Positions 19,875 through 30,743 of a DNA stretch of 64,000 bases are shown piece by piece. The notes beneath the pieces are model-generated. The model ran no database searches, had not been told where the DNA came from, and saw only the letters and a list, made by a program, of their open reading frames with translations. A program made the translations under genes and the position numbers. Numbering within the stretch: position 1 is the first letter of the stretch; every line of letters starts with the position of its first letter. The DNA lies in IMG/VR virus record IMGVR_UViG_3300042482_000702, positions 248,001 to 312,000 of that record; one strand, written 5' to 3'.

Positions 19875-20900
19875 TTACAACTTTTTAAATTCCGGTCTGA
19901 TTAAATTCCATATAATCTCGGAGTAATCCTTACGGTCAAACATTCTAAATAAAATACCTGATAAATGTTTAGGTTGTTCTGACACCCACTGAGCAAATTC
20001 TTTTCTATCTGTGATGGGTTCTTTATCGTTATACTTACCATACATTTTACCATCAAATCTTTTACCAGCATCTTCGGATATTGACATAAAAAAATATCGC
20101 AATTCTTTTACATAATTTTTAATTTTAGTGTAAAATTCATCCGGAACATCTTTTAATAATTCCATCACATCTTCACCATTTTTTAAATACTCCCAAATAC
20201 CTGTTGTAGATACATTAGTCATGATTTTGTGAAGACGCAAATATTCAATACCTTTAACCTTAACCCTATCCCCATTTGAGAACTTCACCACAAACCCCTC
20301 TTGGTCGTTTTTAACCATTTCTTTTAATTGTTTGTAGTCATTGATACCATCGTATTTTTTAACGACATCAAAACCCCATTCATCCCAATCTGTGATGTCA
20401 TAATCTTTACCCCAATTATCGAATGCTCCCAATAGGACCAGTTTCTCTTCACCTTTATAATCCAAAACAATTCTGTTTTCCGGGTAGATAATCTCAAAAC
20501 AAAATGTCATATGTCTGAACATTATGTCAGTGTTGTATTTCTGTAAGAGTTCGGTAGCCTTGATTGCTTGGTCTGATGTAAATGAACCACGAGTGGCAAC
20601 CACCCATTGACCCTGATACCAAAATACGATACCTAATGAACCATCCATTTTTTCATAAACCTCAAAGGTTTCAGTTGGAGTATATTTTCCTTCTTCTATG
20701 TTAAAGAATTTTTTGAATGGTGTTGCAACAATGTCTCCTTTGTCGTCAGTAACTAAACCTCTACACATAAGGGTCACCTCATCCCATAGGTTCTCGTACT
20801 GAACTTTTTCAGAGTAGTTCCATATGGTTAATGGAAGTGTTGGATGTACTTGTTTGTAAAGTAATCCGTCTTCGTAATATTTGTTTAGTTTTTCTAACAT
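19875..20900 (-). CDS. T4 Rnl1-like RNA ligase
   Basis: Motif I EKMDGS, KKFFN, FEII, EGFVV, VKVK. Confidence 0.9.
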   Translation of the reverse strand: MLEKLNKYYEDGLLYKQVHPTLPLTIWNYSEKVQYENLWDEVTLMCRGLVTDDKGDIVATPFKKFFNIEEGKYTPTETFEVYEKMDGSLGIVFWYQGQWVVATRGSFTSDQAIKATELLQKYNTDIMFRHMTFCFEIIYPENRIVLDYKGEEKLVLLGAFDNWGKDYDITDWDEWGFDVVKKYDGINDYKQLKEMVKNDQEGFVVKFSNGDRVKVKGIEYLRLHKIMTNVSTTGIWEYLKNGEDVMELLKDVPDEFYTKIKNYVKELRYFFMSISEDAGKRFDGKMYGKYNDKEPITDRKEFAQWVSEQPKHLSGILFRMFDRKDYSEIIWNLIRPEFKKL

Positions 20901-21038
20901 AATTTTATTTTTTCTTTTTCTTTTTTTTAATAGGTCTTTCAGGTCTTTCTAAATATCTTGGGGGTAAAGGGATTTGTCTTCCCCCTTTGAATACATTCCC
21001 ATTTCCCATCATGAGGAAGGACCAAATAAGCCACCCTA

Positions 21039-21422
21039 TCATAATTTTATTTCAAACCTATCTTTCATTTGTACTAATTTATCCTCCGGAACTCCATGTT
21101 CATTAACACCACCGTGTCTATTTTCTACAATGATGGAGAATACCTTATATCCGTATTCTTTTGCCAAGTCATAGTAAGGTTGCATCTCCCATTCCTGAGT
21201 AAATGTGTTTGATACTACCACTCTTTTGCTTTTGTTTCCCATAAAAACTCTCACAGCGTTTTGACACCAAGCATGAGCCTCTTTTAATTTAGAACCATCA
21301 AATTCGTACTTACCTTCGTAGGTAAAGTATTTATCTGCTTCCATATGCAACCCCCCTAATGATTCCGCCAATGTTGTTTTACCTGAGCCGGGACAACCAC
21401 GAACTAAAAATAATTCTTTCAT
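21039..21422 (-). CDS. P-loop kinase (polynucleotide-kinase-like, AAA_33)
   Basis: GCPGSGKTT, EAD, VVSNT, HGVP. Confidence 0.85.
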   Translation of the reverse strand: MKELFLVRGCPGSGKTTLAESLGGLHMEADKYFTYEGKYEFDGSKLKEAHAWCQNAVRVFMGNKSKRVVVSNTFTQEWEMQPYYDLAKEYGYKVFSIIVENRHGGVNEHGVPEDKLVQMKDRFEIKL

Positions 21423-21423
21423 A

Positions 21424-21705
21424 TTAATTTTTTAAATATTTTACAATCTTTTCAAATTTTTCGGTATCATCCGAATTAATAATAAACTCATCAAACGCTC
21501 CGTACCTACATTGATAACCAAAAATATATTTCAAACCATAACTAACTCTTTCCCAAAAAGGTCGTTTAGTTAAATGAGTATGGATATATACCATCGGATA
21601 TTTCACACCATCAATCTCGTCTTCATCATACATTACCACCATTTGATGTTCTGTGTTATGACAAGAACAGATGAATAAATCTTTTTGTGTTTGAGTAATT
21701 TTCAT
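21424..21705 (-). CDS. Hypothetical protein
   Basis: ORF in operon. Confidence 0.6.
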   Translation of the reverse strand: MKITQTQKDLFICSCHNTEHQMVVMYDEDEIDGVKYPMVYIHTHLTKRPFWERVSYGLKYIFGYQCRYGAFDEFIINSDDTEKFEKIVKYLKN

Positions 21706-21706
21706 A

Positions 21707-22369
21707 TTATTTTCTTTTTCGACCTTCGTCGGTTATCATATCATCTGTGTGATGGTCATCATCCATGTTTGATTTAATTTCTCTCAATTTTACAATCTTA
21801 ATAACATTGTCTAATGAGTATGGTGCAAAAAACAATGAACCATCAATACCAACATCCATTCTACGACCTTTACCAAAGATTTTACCCGTTGGGAGATGTA
21901 CATGTCCATGGAGGTGAATATGACCCTTATTTAACCCATCCCAAGAATCAATAGGGTAGTGCATTAAAACCAAAGTATCAAATTTATACATCAATTTTGT
22001 GTAGTGATTGACACTTGAAAACAATTCCTGACAATCCCCTCGGTTATTTTCAATGTGATGGTCATGATTACCCAATATAAGGTGAATCTCTTGACATACA
22101 ATTCTATCTCTAAAAATTTTCACATTTTCAAATCCGCCAAAACTCCAATCACCCAAATGAATCAAAACATCATCTTGACCAACAACACTATTAATACCGT
22201 TTACGATAGCGTCGTTCATCTCCCCAATATTACTAAAATCTCTTGTTTGAGCAATTGGAACACTCCCATCCGGAAGTCTCCATTCTGTTACACCACGACA
22301 TATATTCTTATGTCCAAAGTGAGTGTCGGATATAATCCAAACTTTTCTATCTTTATCTATCTTAATCAT
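21707..22369 (-). CDS. Calcineurin-like metallophosphoesterase
   Basis: SDTHFGH, HLGD, GNHD, HGHVH. Confidence 0.9.
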   Translation of the reverse strand: MIKIDKDRKVWIISDTHFGHKNICRGVTEWRLPDGSVPIAQTRDFSNIGEMNDAIVNGINSVVGQDDVLIHLGDWSFGGFENVKIFRDRIVCQEIHLILGNHDHHIENNRGDCQELFSSVNHYTKLMYKFDTLVLMHYPIDSWDGLNKGHIHLHGHVHLPTGKIFGKGRRMDVGIDGSLFFAPYSLDNVIKIVKLREIKSNMDDDHHTDDMITDEGRKRK

Positions 22370-22859
22370 ACTGCAAATCTAATTCTTTTTTTCCAAACCA
22401 AAAAGGTTTTTCTCTGTTTTTCCAAGACGCTAAATTAATTTTAGCACCCATATAATAATTTCTATAAGATTCCACAACAGAATCCACCTTAAACTCATCC
22501 GGCATTGCCATTGCTGGTTGAGTAAAACCAATATCCGGGATGTTAGGTCTATTTAAAATACACCATAAAACCACTTCAATTGATTTATGTTTTTTACCAT
22601 ACCTGTGGGTATATTCTTTACCTAATTCCAAACCCAATTCACACAAATACAAATAATTTGATAAACTCTGACGAGTCCATACCGCACAAGGGTGATTTTT
22701 ATGAGACAACTTGTACGGTACTTGGTCGTTAACTTGGTCGGTTACGTGATGAACCGAACATAATAATTGAGCGGTTTCCAAAATCATTTTAACTACGTGT
22801 TTATCTACGTGGTATTGAGCCGATAGTTTAGGATTCTCATCCAAGAAAAATATATTCAT
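22362..22859 (-). CDS. Pyrimidine-dimer DNA glycosylase family protein
   Basis: MNIFFLD...DKHVVKMILETAQLL...HKNHPC...EYTHRYGKKH. Confidence 0.8.
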   Translation of the reverse strand: MNIFFLDENPKLSAQYHVDKHVVKMILETAQLLCSVHHVTDQVNDQVPYKLSHKNHPCAVWTRQSLSNYLYLCELGLELGKEYTHRYGKKHKSIEVVLWCILNRPNIPDIGFTQPAMAMPDEFKVDSVVESYRNYYMGAKINLASWKNREKPFWFGKKELDLQYD

Positions 22860-23037
22860 TATTTATTTTTAAATATTACGGGACAAAGATACAACTATTT
22901 TTTTTTATTCCAAGGGATTGAACCTTTTTTTCTTCCTGTTTTTTCTATACAGATTTCATCAATTTTATCAAATTTATGATATCTCCAAATAAAACCTCCG
23001 GAACTTTTTGACTTACCTAACGAACAATAATGTTTGG

Positions 23038-23496
23038 TTATTTAATAGGTATTCGAACCCTAACACAGGTCTCAGGTTGTTTTTCATTTTTTAAGAAATT
23101 GTTAATCCAACCACAAATATTATGTGCTCCAACAGGATTTGCTGAATGAACATATATCGTTGGAAAAGTAAATTTACCGTCTTTTTTTTCATTTCTTGTC
23201 ATATTAATTCTTTCCGGAAATTCATAATAAAATTGATTAACCAAGAATTTAGCAGCATCATATCCAGTTTTCTCGTTAATATTGTTATAATCCAAAGTGT
23301 AATTTGGCGAGACATTATCAAAATACTCTTTCATAGCTGAATCACCCAAATCGTGGTCTAAGGAGATTGTGCTAATATTTTCTAACCCAATTTTATTAAT
23401 TTCATTAACAAAATCGTCGTAATCTCTTACAACAATCCAATCATCTCCGGTTGGAGTTCTTACATCATCGAGATAAATTCTACAGAGTGTTTTCAT
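23038..23496 (-). CDS. Cyclic-phosphate-processing receiver-domain protein
   Basis: YLDDVR, ISLDHDLG, TGYD, HSANPVG. Confidence 0.8.
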   Translation of the reverse strand: MKTLCRIYLDDVRTPTGDDWIVVRDYDDFVNEINKIGLENISTISLDHDLGDSAMKEYFDNVSPNYTLDYNNINEKTGYDAAKFLVNQFYYEFPERINMTRNEKKDGKFTFPTIYVHSANPVGAHNICGWINNFLKNEKQPETCVRVRIPIK

Positions 23497-23566
23497 ATTA
23501 TTTAATTTTAAGGCAAAGATAATGTTTTTTTTTGTTAAAAAAAAGTATTTATATAAAAATAATAAT

Positions 23567-26500
23567 ATGAAAGGTCAAAAATTAGAAATTAGAAATAACG
23601 GTAATTCAAACACAACAATAAAATATCAAAATTTTAATGATTCTATATGGAGAAATGGTGTGATATTAAGAGCTAACCAAATCATGAAAATATGGTGTGT
23701 TAAAGGAACTTTTTCTTCCGTATCAAAAAATGTTGTAATTTTATCATCCCTTGATTGGCCACTGGCTAAACCACCAGTAATTGGAACATCTAACTGTGTT
23801 TTACCAGATGGGTTAATCTCGATTAATGTTTTAACATCAATCGTACTTGAGAATCCAAGTGAAATTATAACATTTGATTTAACATTTGACCCAATTAATG
23901 ATTGGATGTATTTAAAATCAGACCCAAATTACATTAATAGAAATGAAATAAGAACGTACACCTCAATTTATAGTTACAACCCTCAACGAATGGTTTTATA
24001 TGATAGACGTACCGGATGTAAAGCAATTAATGGTTTTTATGTGTCTACTAACATTGTATACGTTACAAATGGTGTAATGGAAATAACTGACGATACTGGT
24101 ACGAGAAATCCAACACCAACACCAACGAAATCTTTACCACCAACACCAACACCAACAGAAACTCCAACACCAACACCAACGAAAACATTAACGCCTACGC
24201 CTACCCCAAGTTTAACCCCAAATTTCACACATAGTTTAAGATTAACATTTGACACTACTGAAAATATAAATTTATTAGTTGGCGACCCTACCAATGTTTT
24301 AAATTGGAATGTTTTTTTTGATTCATGGAATTATGGTAACTCATTTTCATCTGTAACTATTGACGATGTTAATGTTATATTATTTGGAGGTGGTAATCTC
24401 ACAATAAAAAATAATTTATTTGAAGGGAATAATTCTTTAATAGGGATTGTCGACGAATTTAATTGTGTAATTAGTTTAGGTGATTATGTTTTTTCTTCTT
24501 GTTTAAATTTAACAACAATAAATTTACCAAGTGTTACATATTGTGGCGAATATTGTTTTAATAACATCCCAAAAGTTGAGGTTATTAATTTACCGAATTT
24601 AATGGTGGCACTTTCAAATTCATTTAACGGAGAATCAGTTTTAACCGAATTATCTTTACCTAGTTTAATAAATGCTGGTTCATATTGTTTTAATTCTCGT
24701 AGTAATGTAACAAAATTTTATTTACCAAATTTAATATCAATAGAGAATTACGGATTTAATAATTGTACATCAATAACTGATTTATACATCCCTTCTATAT
24801 TGGCATTTGGGGAAACTTTTGATAGTTATGAAATTTTTGACGGTACAACGGGAAATACGATAAATTTAACTGTATCATCATATGTTATGACGGGTAATAC
24901 AGGTCTTCCGGATACCGATATTCAATATCTTATAGATAATAATAACATTACGTTAACAATTGTAGATGTACAGACATCAAGTTTTACACAACCATCTCTT
25001 ATGTTGGTTTTTGATGATATATCTAACGCAGAAACTTTAATGGGTTATTCCTTATCGGTCAGAGATTGGAACACATTCTTTGATTTACCAACTTATGGTT
25101 ATCCATTTACTAGCGTAGAAGTAAGTGGTAATACAGTTAGTTTATTTGGTGGTTCTCAGATTATTATTAAAGATGAATTATTCTTAAATAATATTCATTT
25201 AATTTCTGTAAGTGATACTTTAGGTTGTGTTATGTCAATCGGTAATTATAGTTTTCTAGGTTGTACATCCGCACTAACCTTTAATTTCCCATCAGTAGTG
25301 AGCGTAGGAATATACGGAGGTTGTTTTGAACAGTGTGTGTCATTAACAACAATTAATTTACCGTTAGTCACAATTATAAGTGATGATTGTTTTTACAATT
25401 GTACTAGTTTAATAAGTATTAATTTACCATGGGTTACAACTATAGGTATTTCTTCTTTTGCTTATTGTTCTTCATTAACAACAATGAATTTACCTTTATG
25501 TACTAATTTAGGAGAAACTGTTGTGAATAATAATGTGTTTGCTAATATAACGGGACAAACTATAACATTAACAATACCTTCTGAACTAATGACGTGTAAT
25601 GAAGGACTTCCCGATGGAGATGTACAATATCTTATAGATAATAATGAGGTGACAGTCGTAGAAATATCGACTTCAGCTGAGATATACTTATCTCTAAATT
25701 TAACATTTGATAATATCACTAACGCCGATTTACTTGTTGGGGATGTATCATTAATAACAAACTGGAATACTTTCTTTGACCTTCCCACTTATGGAAATCA
25801 ATTTATTAATGTAGAAGTAAGTGGTAATACGGTTAGTTTAATGGGTGGTTCTGAAATAACTATTAAACATAATTTATTTTATAATAACATTAATATAATA
25901 TCTATTTATGATACAGGTAGTGTTATAGCTTTAAACAATTCTAGTTTTGATTCTTGTACTAATTTAACAACAATAAATTTACCTTCTTGTATTAATTTAG
26001 GTGGTTCAGTTTTAAATGATGATGTTTTTAATTTTATTGTAGGACAAACAATAACATTAACTATTCCAAATATATTAATGACATGTAATGGGGGATTTCC
26101 TGATGGTGACATTCAGTATCTTATAGATAATAATGATGTGACAGTTATAGAAATAACAATCCCTATCCCAACACCAACCCCAACACCAACCCCTATCCCA
26201 ACACCAACACCATCAAATGATTTGACATACATGTTATTACCGGATAATGATTTATACTATGAATTGATTGAACCGACACCGACACCAACACCTACACCTA
26301 CACCAACAGCAATTTTTGTGGATTGTGTGAATGAAGGTTTACTATATAATTGGCAAGCCGCGACATATAGTGGTACAGGTAATACCACAATTGCACCAGC
26401 TGGATGGCACTTACCAACAATTGAAGAATTTAACACTTTAAGAACATTCTTGTCAAACAGTTCTTATGATTTAATTGATGGTACAAAATGGGTAGATTAT

Positions 26501-28426
26501 CAGGACACACAAGATTGTACAAACTCATTAAAGTTTAATGTTTGGAATAATAGAGAAAGAACTATATCGGGAGAATTTCAAATGAGTTATTCTGTTTATT
26601 TTTGGGCATCACAAGATGATAATAATAAAAGAGCTTTTGAAGTTTATGGATGTTGTGGTGATATGTACACTGCAAGTGAATCAATCAACCACGGACATTC
26701 TATCAGACTTATTAAAGATAATTCTGATAACACAGGAACAATGACTGACTATGATGGTAATGTTTACTCAACAGTAAAGATAGGAGACCAAGTATGGTTA
26801 GCACAAAATTTAATGGTTACACATTACAATGATGGTACACCTATACCTTATGCGGAAGACAATACCACATGGGCGGCTAGTTCTGATGCTTTTTGCGCAT
26901 ACGAAGGAAATTGGGCTAATGTGGGGTGTGACGCACCAACACCTACTCCAACCCCTACACCAACAAATGAACAATTACCAACACCAACAGTAACTACAAC
27001 CTCAACACCTACACCAACTCCGACAAAGACACCAACCCCTACACCATTACCACCTACAGAATTTATATCTATATGGAGAACAACATCTCTTGATGAATCT
27101 ATAACACTTCCTTATAACTTATCTGGAGCATACACAGGAACTATAGATTGGGGTGATGGTAATATATCTAGTAATTCTTATTCTAACAGAACTCATACTT
27201 ACCTTACACCTGGTGATTACACAGTAACTGTATTTGGAACAATAAATGGATGGTCTTTTGGAGTTAGTAGTACTCTAAATAACGCTGTTAAAATACGAAG
27301 TATTAGTCAATGGGGAAGTTCATTTAGATTAGGTAATCAAACTCAGTGTTTTAGTAATTGCTCTAACTTAAACTTAAGTGGAGTTACAGACATACTGAAT
27401 TTAGATGGAACTACTACTCTTTCTAATATTTTTAATGATTGCACATCATTAACCACAGTTGGTAGGATGAATGAGTGGGATGTTAGTCGGGTAACTAGTA
27501 TGTTATTTATGTTTGTAAATTCCACATTCAATCAAAACATAGGAAATTGGAATGTTAGTAATGTTACTACTATGAATGGTATGTTTTATAGGGCGACATC
27601 ATTTAATCAAGATATTAGTTCTTGGAATGTTGGTAATGTAACTAATATGGATAATATGTTTAATATTGCACCCTCATTTAATCAAGATTTAAGTAGTTGG
27701 TGCGTAACTCTTATTCCAACAACGCCCGCAGATTTTGACACACAAGCAACATCTTGGGTATTACCAAAACCAATATGGGGAACTTGTCCGGGACCAACAC
27801 CAACACCAACAATAACTCAAACACCAACAAGAACACCATTACCACCGACAGAAGTTTTTATAGGTACACAAATCTTTACTAATAGTAACCTTGATGTTAC
27901 AACGTATAGAGATGGTACTGAAATACCACAAGTAACTGGTCAAACAGCTTGGGATAATTTAACCACTGGAGCTTGGTGCTATTACGCAAACAATACAGCT
28001 AATGGAGTTGTTTACGGAAAGTTATATAATTGGTATGCTGTTGCAGGAATAGATGGTAGTGGAATACCAAGAAATTTAGCACCTTTAGGTTATCATATTC
28101 CAACAGATGCAGAATGGACTACATTAACAACATATTTAGGAGGAGAAAGTGTAGCAGGAGGTAAAATGAAATCAACAGGAACATCGCTTTGGACAAACCC
28201 TAATACAGGAGCAACTAATGAGAGTGGTTTTACAGGTCTTCCTGGAGGGGGTCGCTACAGCAATGTGTCGTTCAACGCCATTGGCATCTTCGGTTTTTGG
28301 TGGAGTTCGTCAGAGGACATTTCTACTAGAGCCTGGTACCGCAACCTGAGTACCAACAATAACGATGTTAGCAGAAGCACCTACAATAAGAAAGACGGTT
28401 TCTCAGTAAGATTAATAAAAGACTAA
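23567..28426 (+). CDS. Large mosaic virion/receptor-binding protein: BspA-type LRRs, two Fib_succ_major domains, PKD-like and DUF285 repeats, PT linkers
   Basis: CxxLTTINLP LRRs; GKLYNWYA/GYHIPT/WWSS/GFSVRLIKD; IDWGDG; FNQDISSWNV; start re-called at MKGQK after TATTTATA. Confidence 0.8.
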   Translation: MKGQKLEIRNNGNSNTTIKYQNFNDSIWRNGVILRANQIMKIWCVKGTFSSVSKNVVILSSLDWPLAKPPVIGTSNCVLPDGLISINVLTSIVLENPSEIITFDLTFDPINDWMYLKSDPNYINRNEIRTYTSIYSYNPQRMVLYDRRTGCKAINGFYVSTNIVYVTNGVMEITDDTGTRNPTPTPTKSLPPTPTPTETPTPTPTKTLTPTPTPSLTPNFTHSLRLTFDTTENINLLVGDPTNVLNWNVFFDSWNYGNSFSSVTIDDVNVILFGGGNLTIKNNLFEGNNSLIGIVDEFNCVISLGDYVFSSCLNLTTINLPSVTYCGEYCFNNIPKVEVINLPNLMVALSNSFNGESVLTELSLPSLINAGSYCFNSRSNVTKFYLPNLISIENYGFNNCTSITDLYIPSILAFGETFDSYEIFDGTTGNTINLTVSSYVMTGNTGLPDTDIQYLIDNNNITLTIVDVQTSSFTQPSLMLVFDDISNAETLMGYSLSVRDWNTFFDLPTYGYPFTSVEVSGNTVSLFGGSQIIIKDELFLNNIHLISVSDTLGCVMSIGNYSFLGCTSALTFNFPSVVSVGIYGGCFEQCVSLTTINLPLVTIISDDCFYNCTSLISINLPWVTTIGISSFAYCSSLTTMNLPLCTNLGETVVNNNVFANITGQTITLTIPSELMTCNEGLPDGDVQYLIDNNEVTVVEISTSAEIYLSLNLTFDNITNADLLVGDVSLITNWNTFFDLPTYGNQFINVEVSGNTVSLMGGSEITIKHNLFYNNINIISIYDTGSVIALNNSSFDSCTNLTTINLPSCINLGGSVLNDDVFNFIVGQTITLTIPNILMTCNGGFPDGDIQYLIDNNDVTVIEITIPIPTPTPTPTPIPTPTPSNDLTYMLLPDNDLYYELIEPTPTPTPTPTPTAIFVDCVNEGLLYNWQAATYSGTGNTTIAPAGWHLPTIEEFNTLRTFLSNSSYDLIDGTKWVDYQDTQDCTNSLKFNVWNNRERTISGEFQMSYSVYFWASQDDNNKRAFEVYGCCGDMYTASESINHGHSIRLIKDNSDNTGTMTDYDGNVYSTVKIGDQVWLAQNLMVTHYNDGTPIPYAEDNTTWAASSDAFCAYEGNWANVGCDAPTPTPTPTPTNEQLPTPTVTTTSTPTPTPTKTPTPTPLPPTEFISIWRTTSLDESITLPYNLSGAYTGTIDWGDGNISSNSYSNRTHTYLTPGDYTVTVFGTINGWSFGVSSTLNNAVKIRSISQWGSSFRLGNQTQCFSNCSNLNLSGVTDILNLDGTTTLSNIFNDCTSLTTVGRMNEWDVSRVTSMLFMFVNSTFNQNIGNWNVSNVTTMNGMFYRATSFNQDISSWNVGNVTNMDNMFNIAPSFNQDLSSWCVTLIPTTPADFDTQATSWVLPKPIWGTCPGPTPTPTITQTPTRTPLPPTEVFIGTQIFTNSNLDVTTYRDGTEIPQVTGQTAWDNLTTGAWCYYANNTANGVVYGKLYNWYAVAGIDGSGIPRNLAPLGYHIPTDAEWTTLTTYLGGESVAGGKMKSTGTSLWTNPNTGATNESGFTGLPGGGRYSNVSFNAIGIFGFWWSSSEDISTRAWYRNLSTNNNDVSRSTYNKKDGFSVRLIKD

Positions 28427-28500
28427 TCAACACCGACACCGACACCTACACCAACATCAACATAAAATCAATAAAATAACTATTTATAAATAAAAACATT

Positions 28501-30639
28501 ATGAAAGGACAAAGATTAATAATTAAAAATAACGGCACAACAAAAATTACATTAAAATATATAAATTTAAGTGATTTTTTGTTAAGAGACAACGTATCTT
28601 TAAATCCAAATCAAGTTAGGCACATATGGTGTGTTAAAGGAACTTTTAGTCACACATCAGGTGATTTATCAATTATTTCAGATATTGGTTGGCCACCTAA
28701 GAAAATAATTCAAAAACCAACACCTACACCAACGCCTACTAAAACATTTGTGCCAACTCAAACCCCAACTCAAACCCCAACAAATACCCCAACTAACACA
28801 GAAACACCAACTCAAACACCAACACCAACTCAAACACCTACACCAACAGATGTGTCGTTAATAACCCCTACCCCAACACAAACTCCAACACAAACAATGG
28901 AAGCAGGATATCACTATATTGCAAATTTATATGATTGTACATATGATTGTGCTCTTGCAGGTCCAAGTTTACCAGTTAAATCAACAACAACACCTTTAGA
29001 AATTGGTAAATTTTATAAAGACCCAGGTAGCCTTTCAGGTGGTACAGGATATTGTTGGGAAATTTTATCAGTAGGTAATGAAATGACAATAGTCGATTTA
29101 GATTTAATGACACCATATGACACTTGTTCAGATTGTTGCGCCTTTTTATCTCCAACTCCAACAGCTACTCCTACGGAAACACCGACACCTACTCCAACAG
29201 CTACTCCTACGGAAACACCGACACCTACTCCTACTCCTACGGAAACTTCAGCACCTGCACCCAATGTTACATTTATAAATAATTCCACAATTGCATCTAT
29301 AGATGATTTTATTGATAATTCAGGGTTTATATCATTAACTAACTTAACTGGTTCATTCCCTGTGACTTCAGGACAAACACTTTCAGGGTATCACTCTATT
29401 ATAACGGATGGACAACCTAGTACAACTATATCTGGTCAAGGAGTTATTAATTACTTAATAGAGATTAATGGTTTAGTGGTTTCTTCAGGTTCTACAGAAA
29501 TCCCTGTTGGATTGGGTCTTGGTACGGGATTACCTTTAGATATTACCGATATTTTAGTGATAACAATAATTAACGAACCTATACCCCTTACTATTTCATT
29601 AGAAGGATTTTACTTTTCAGGTTCGGTAGGTGCTGGATATCAAGCAATTGCTAACCAACCATTAATCGATGATGTAACTATTAATTTTACTAATATATTA
29701 GGAACTATTACAGGACCACCGCTAGTAATTAGTGGTTCTGTTGAAATCTTATCAGGACAAACAAGTGGTTTTACTCAAACATTTATTGATTACGACTATA
29801 ATAATTTAACAGAAGAAAGTTCATTCACTGGAATAACGTTTGAAGAGGTAGGGTTACCACAATATATTTTTTCAGGTGAAGTATCAGGTTCAACATTTAA
29901 TGTAACACCTACACCAACACCAACGAATGAACAATTACCAACACCTACACCAACGGCGGAAGCAATAACAGGTGTTACACCAACAGTAACCTCAACACCG
30001 ACACCTACACCAACAATAAGTCCCGTAATGGCATCGTTATTTATTGATATAGTTGAGGGTTATAACGGTATTTCATTTGATGGGGTTACATATACATCAG
30101 ACACAACAATCAATGTTATTAAAAATCAACAATATACTATTATTGCGTTTAATGGTAGTGGGTTGTTCCAAAATTGGGAGGGTACTAATGTTGATTTACC
30201 TGTACCTAATTCATCTAATACCATTGTAACTGTCACCGGTAATACCGCAACATTAAAAGCTGTGTTCCCTGAAGTAACACCAACTCCAACTCCAACAGAA
30301 ACACCAACACCTACTCCAACCCCAACAGTTGTCTCAAATGTGTTTAATGTAACTGCTGATGGTTCCTCTGCTTATATAATAAACGGACAATCAAACCCTA
30401 CATTAAGTATAACTGAAGGGGAAACTTATACATTTAACATATCAGCAATTGGACATCCGTTTTGGATTAAAACAGTAAATTCAACAGGCACAGAAAACTC
30501 ATATAATGATGGAGTAACTAATAATGGAACTGATGACGGGACAATAACGTTTACAGTCCAATATGGTACACCATTTATCCTTTATTATAATTGTCAATTC
30601 CATGCTAGTATGGCGGGTACTATAAATTTAACGCCTTAA
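28501..30639 (+). CDS. Pro/Thr-rich virion protein with C-terminal cupredoxin-like domain
   Basis: N-terminal domain paralogous to 23567 (IWCVKGTFS); C-terminal GHPFWI...YNCQFHASM. Confidence 0.7.
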   Translation: MKGQRLIIKNNGTTKITLKYINLSDFLLRDNVSLNPNQVRHIWCVKGTFSHTSGDLSIISDIGWPPKKIIQKPTPTPTPTKTFVPTQTPTQTPTNTPTNTETPTQTPTPTQTPTPTDVSLITPTPTQTPTQTMEAGYHYIANLYDCTYDCALAGPSLPVKSTTTPLEIGKFYKDPGSLSGGTGYCWEILSVGNEMTIVDLDLMTPYDTCSDCCAFLSPTPTATPTETPTPTPTATPTETPTPTPTPTETSAPAPNVTFINNSTIASIDDFIDNSGFISLTNLTGSFPVTSGQTLSGYHSIITDGQPSTTISGQGVINYLIEINGLVVSSGSTEIPVGLGLGTGLPLDITDILVITIINEPIPLTISLEGFYFSGSVGAGYQAIANQPLIDDVTINFTNILGTITGPPLVISGSVEILSGQTSGFTQTFIDYDYNNLTEESSFTGITFEEVGLPQYIFSGEVSGSTFNVTPTPTPTNEQLPTPTPTAEAITGVTPTVTSTPTPTPTISPVMASLFIDIVEGYNGISFDGVTYTSDTTINVIKNQQYTIIAFNGSGLFQNWEGTNVDLPVPNSSNTIVTVTGNTATLKAVFPEVTPTPTPTETPTPTPTPTVVSNVFNVTADGSSAYIINGQSNPTLSITEGETYTFNISAIGHPFWIKTVNSTGTENSYNDGVTNNGTDDGTITFTVQYGTPFILYYNCQFHASMAGTINLTP

Positions 30640-30743
30640 TATAAAAATATAGATAAATTATTCTCTAATACCAAACAATGATTTGGATATAGAACTATTA
30701 TATTAAAAACAAATAACTTAACAATAAAAAAAAAACAAAAATT

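Noticed and set aside
23522-23566. ORF-track start of the 1634-aa protein
   Set aside because: The paralogue 28501 begins MKGQ, and TATTTATA lies inside this stretch, so the start is 23567
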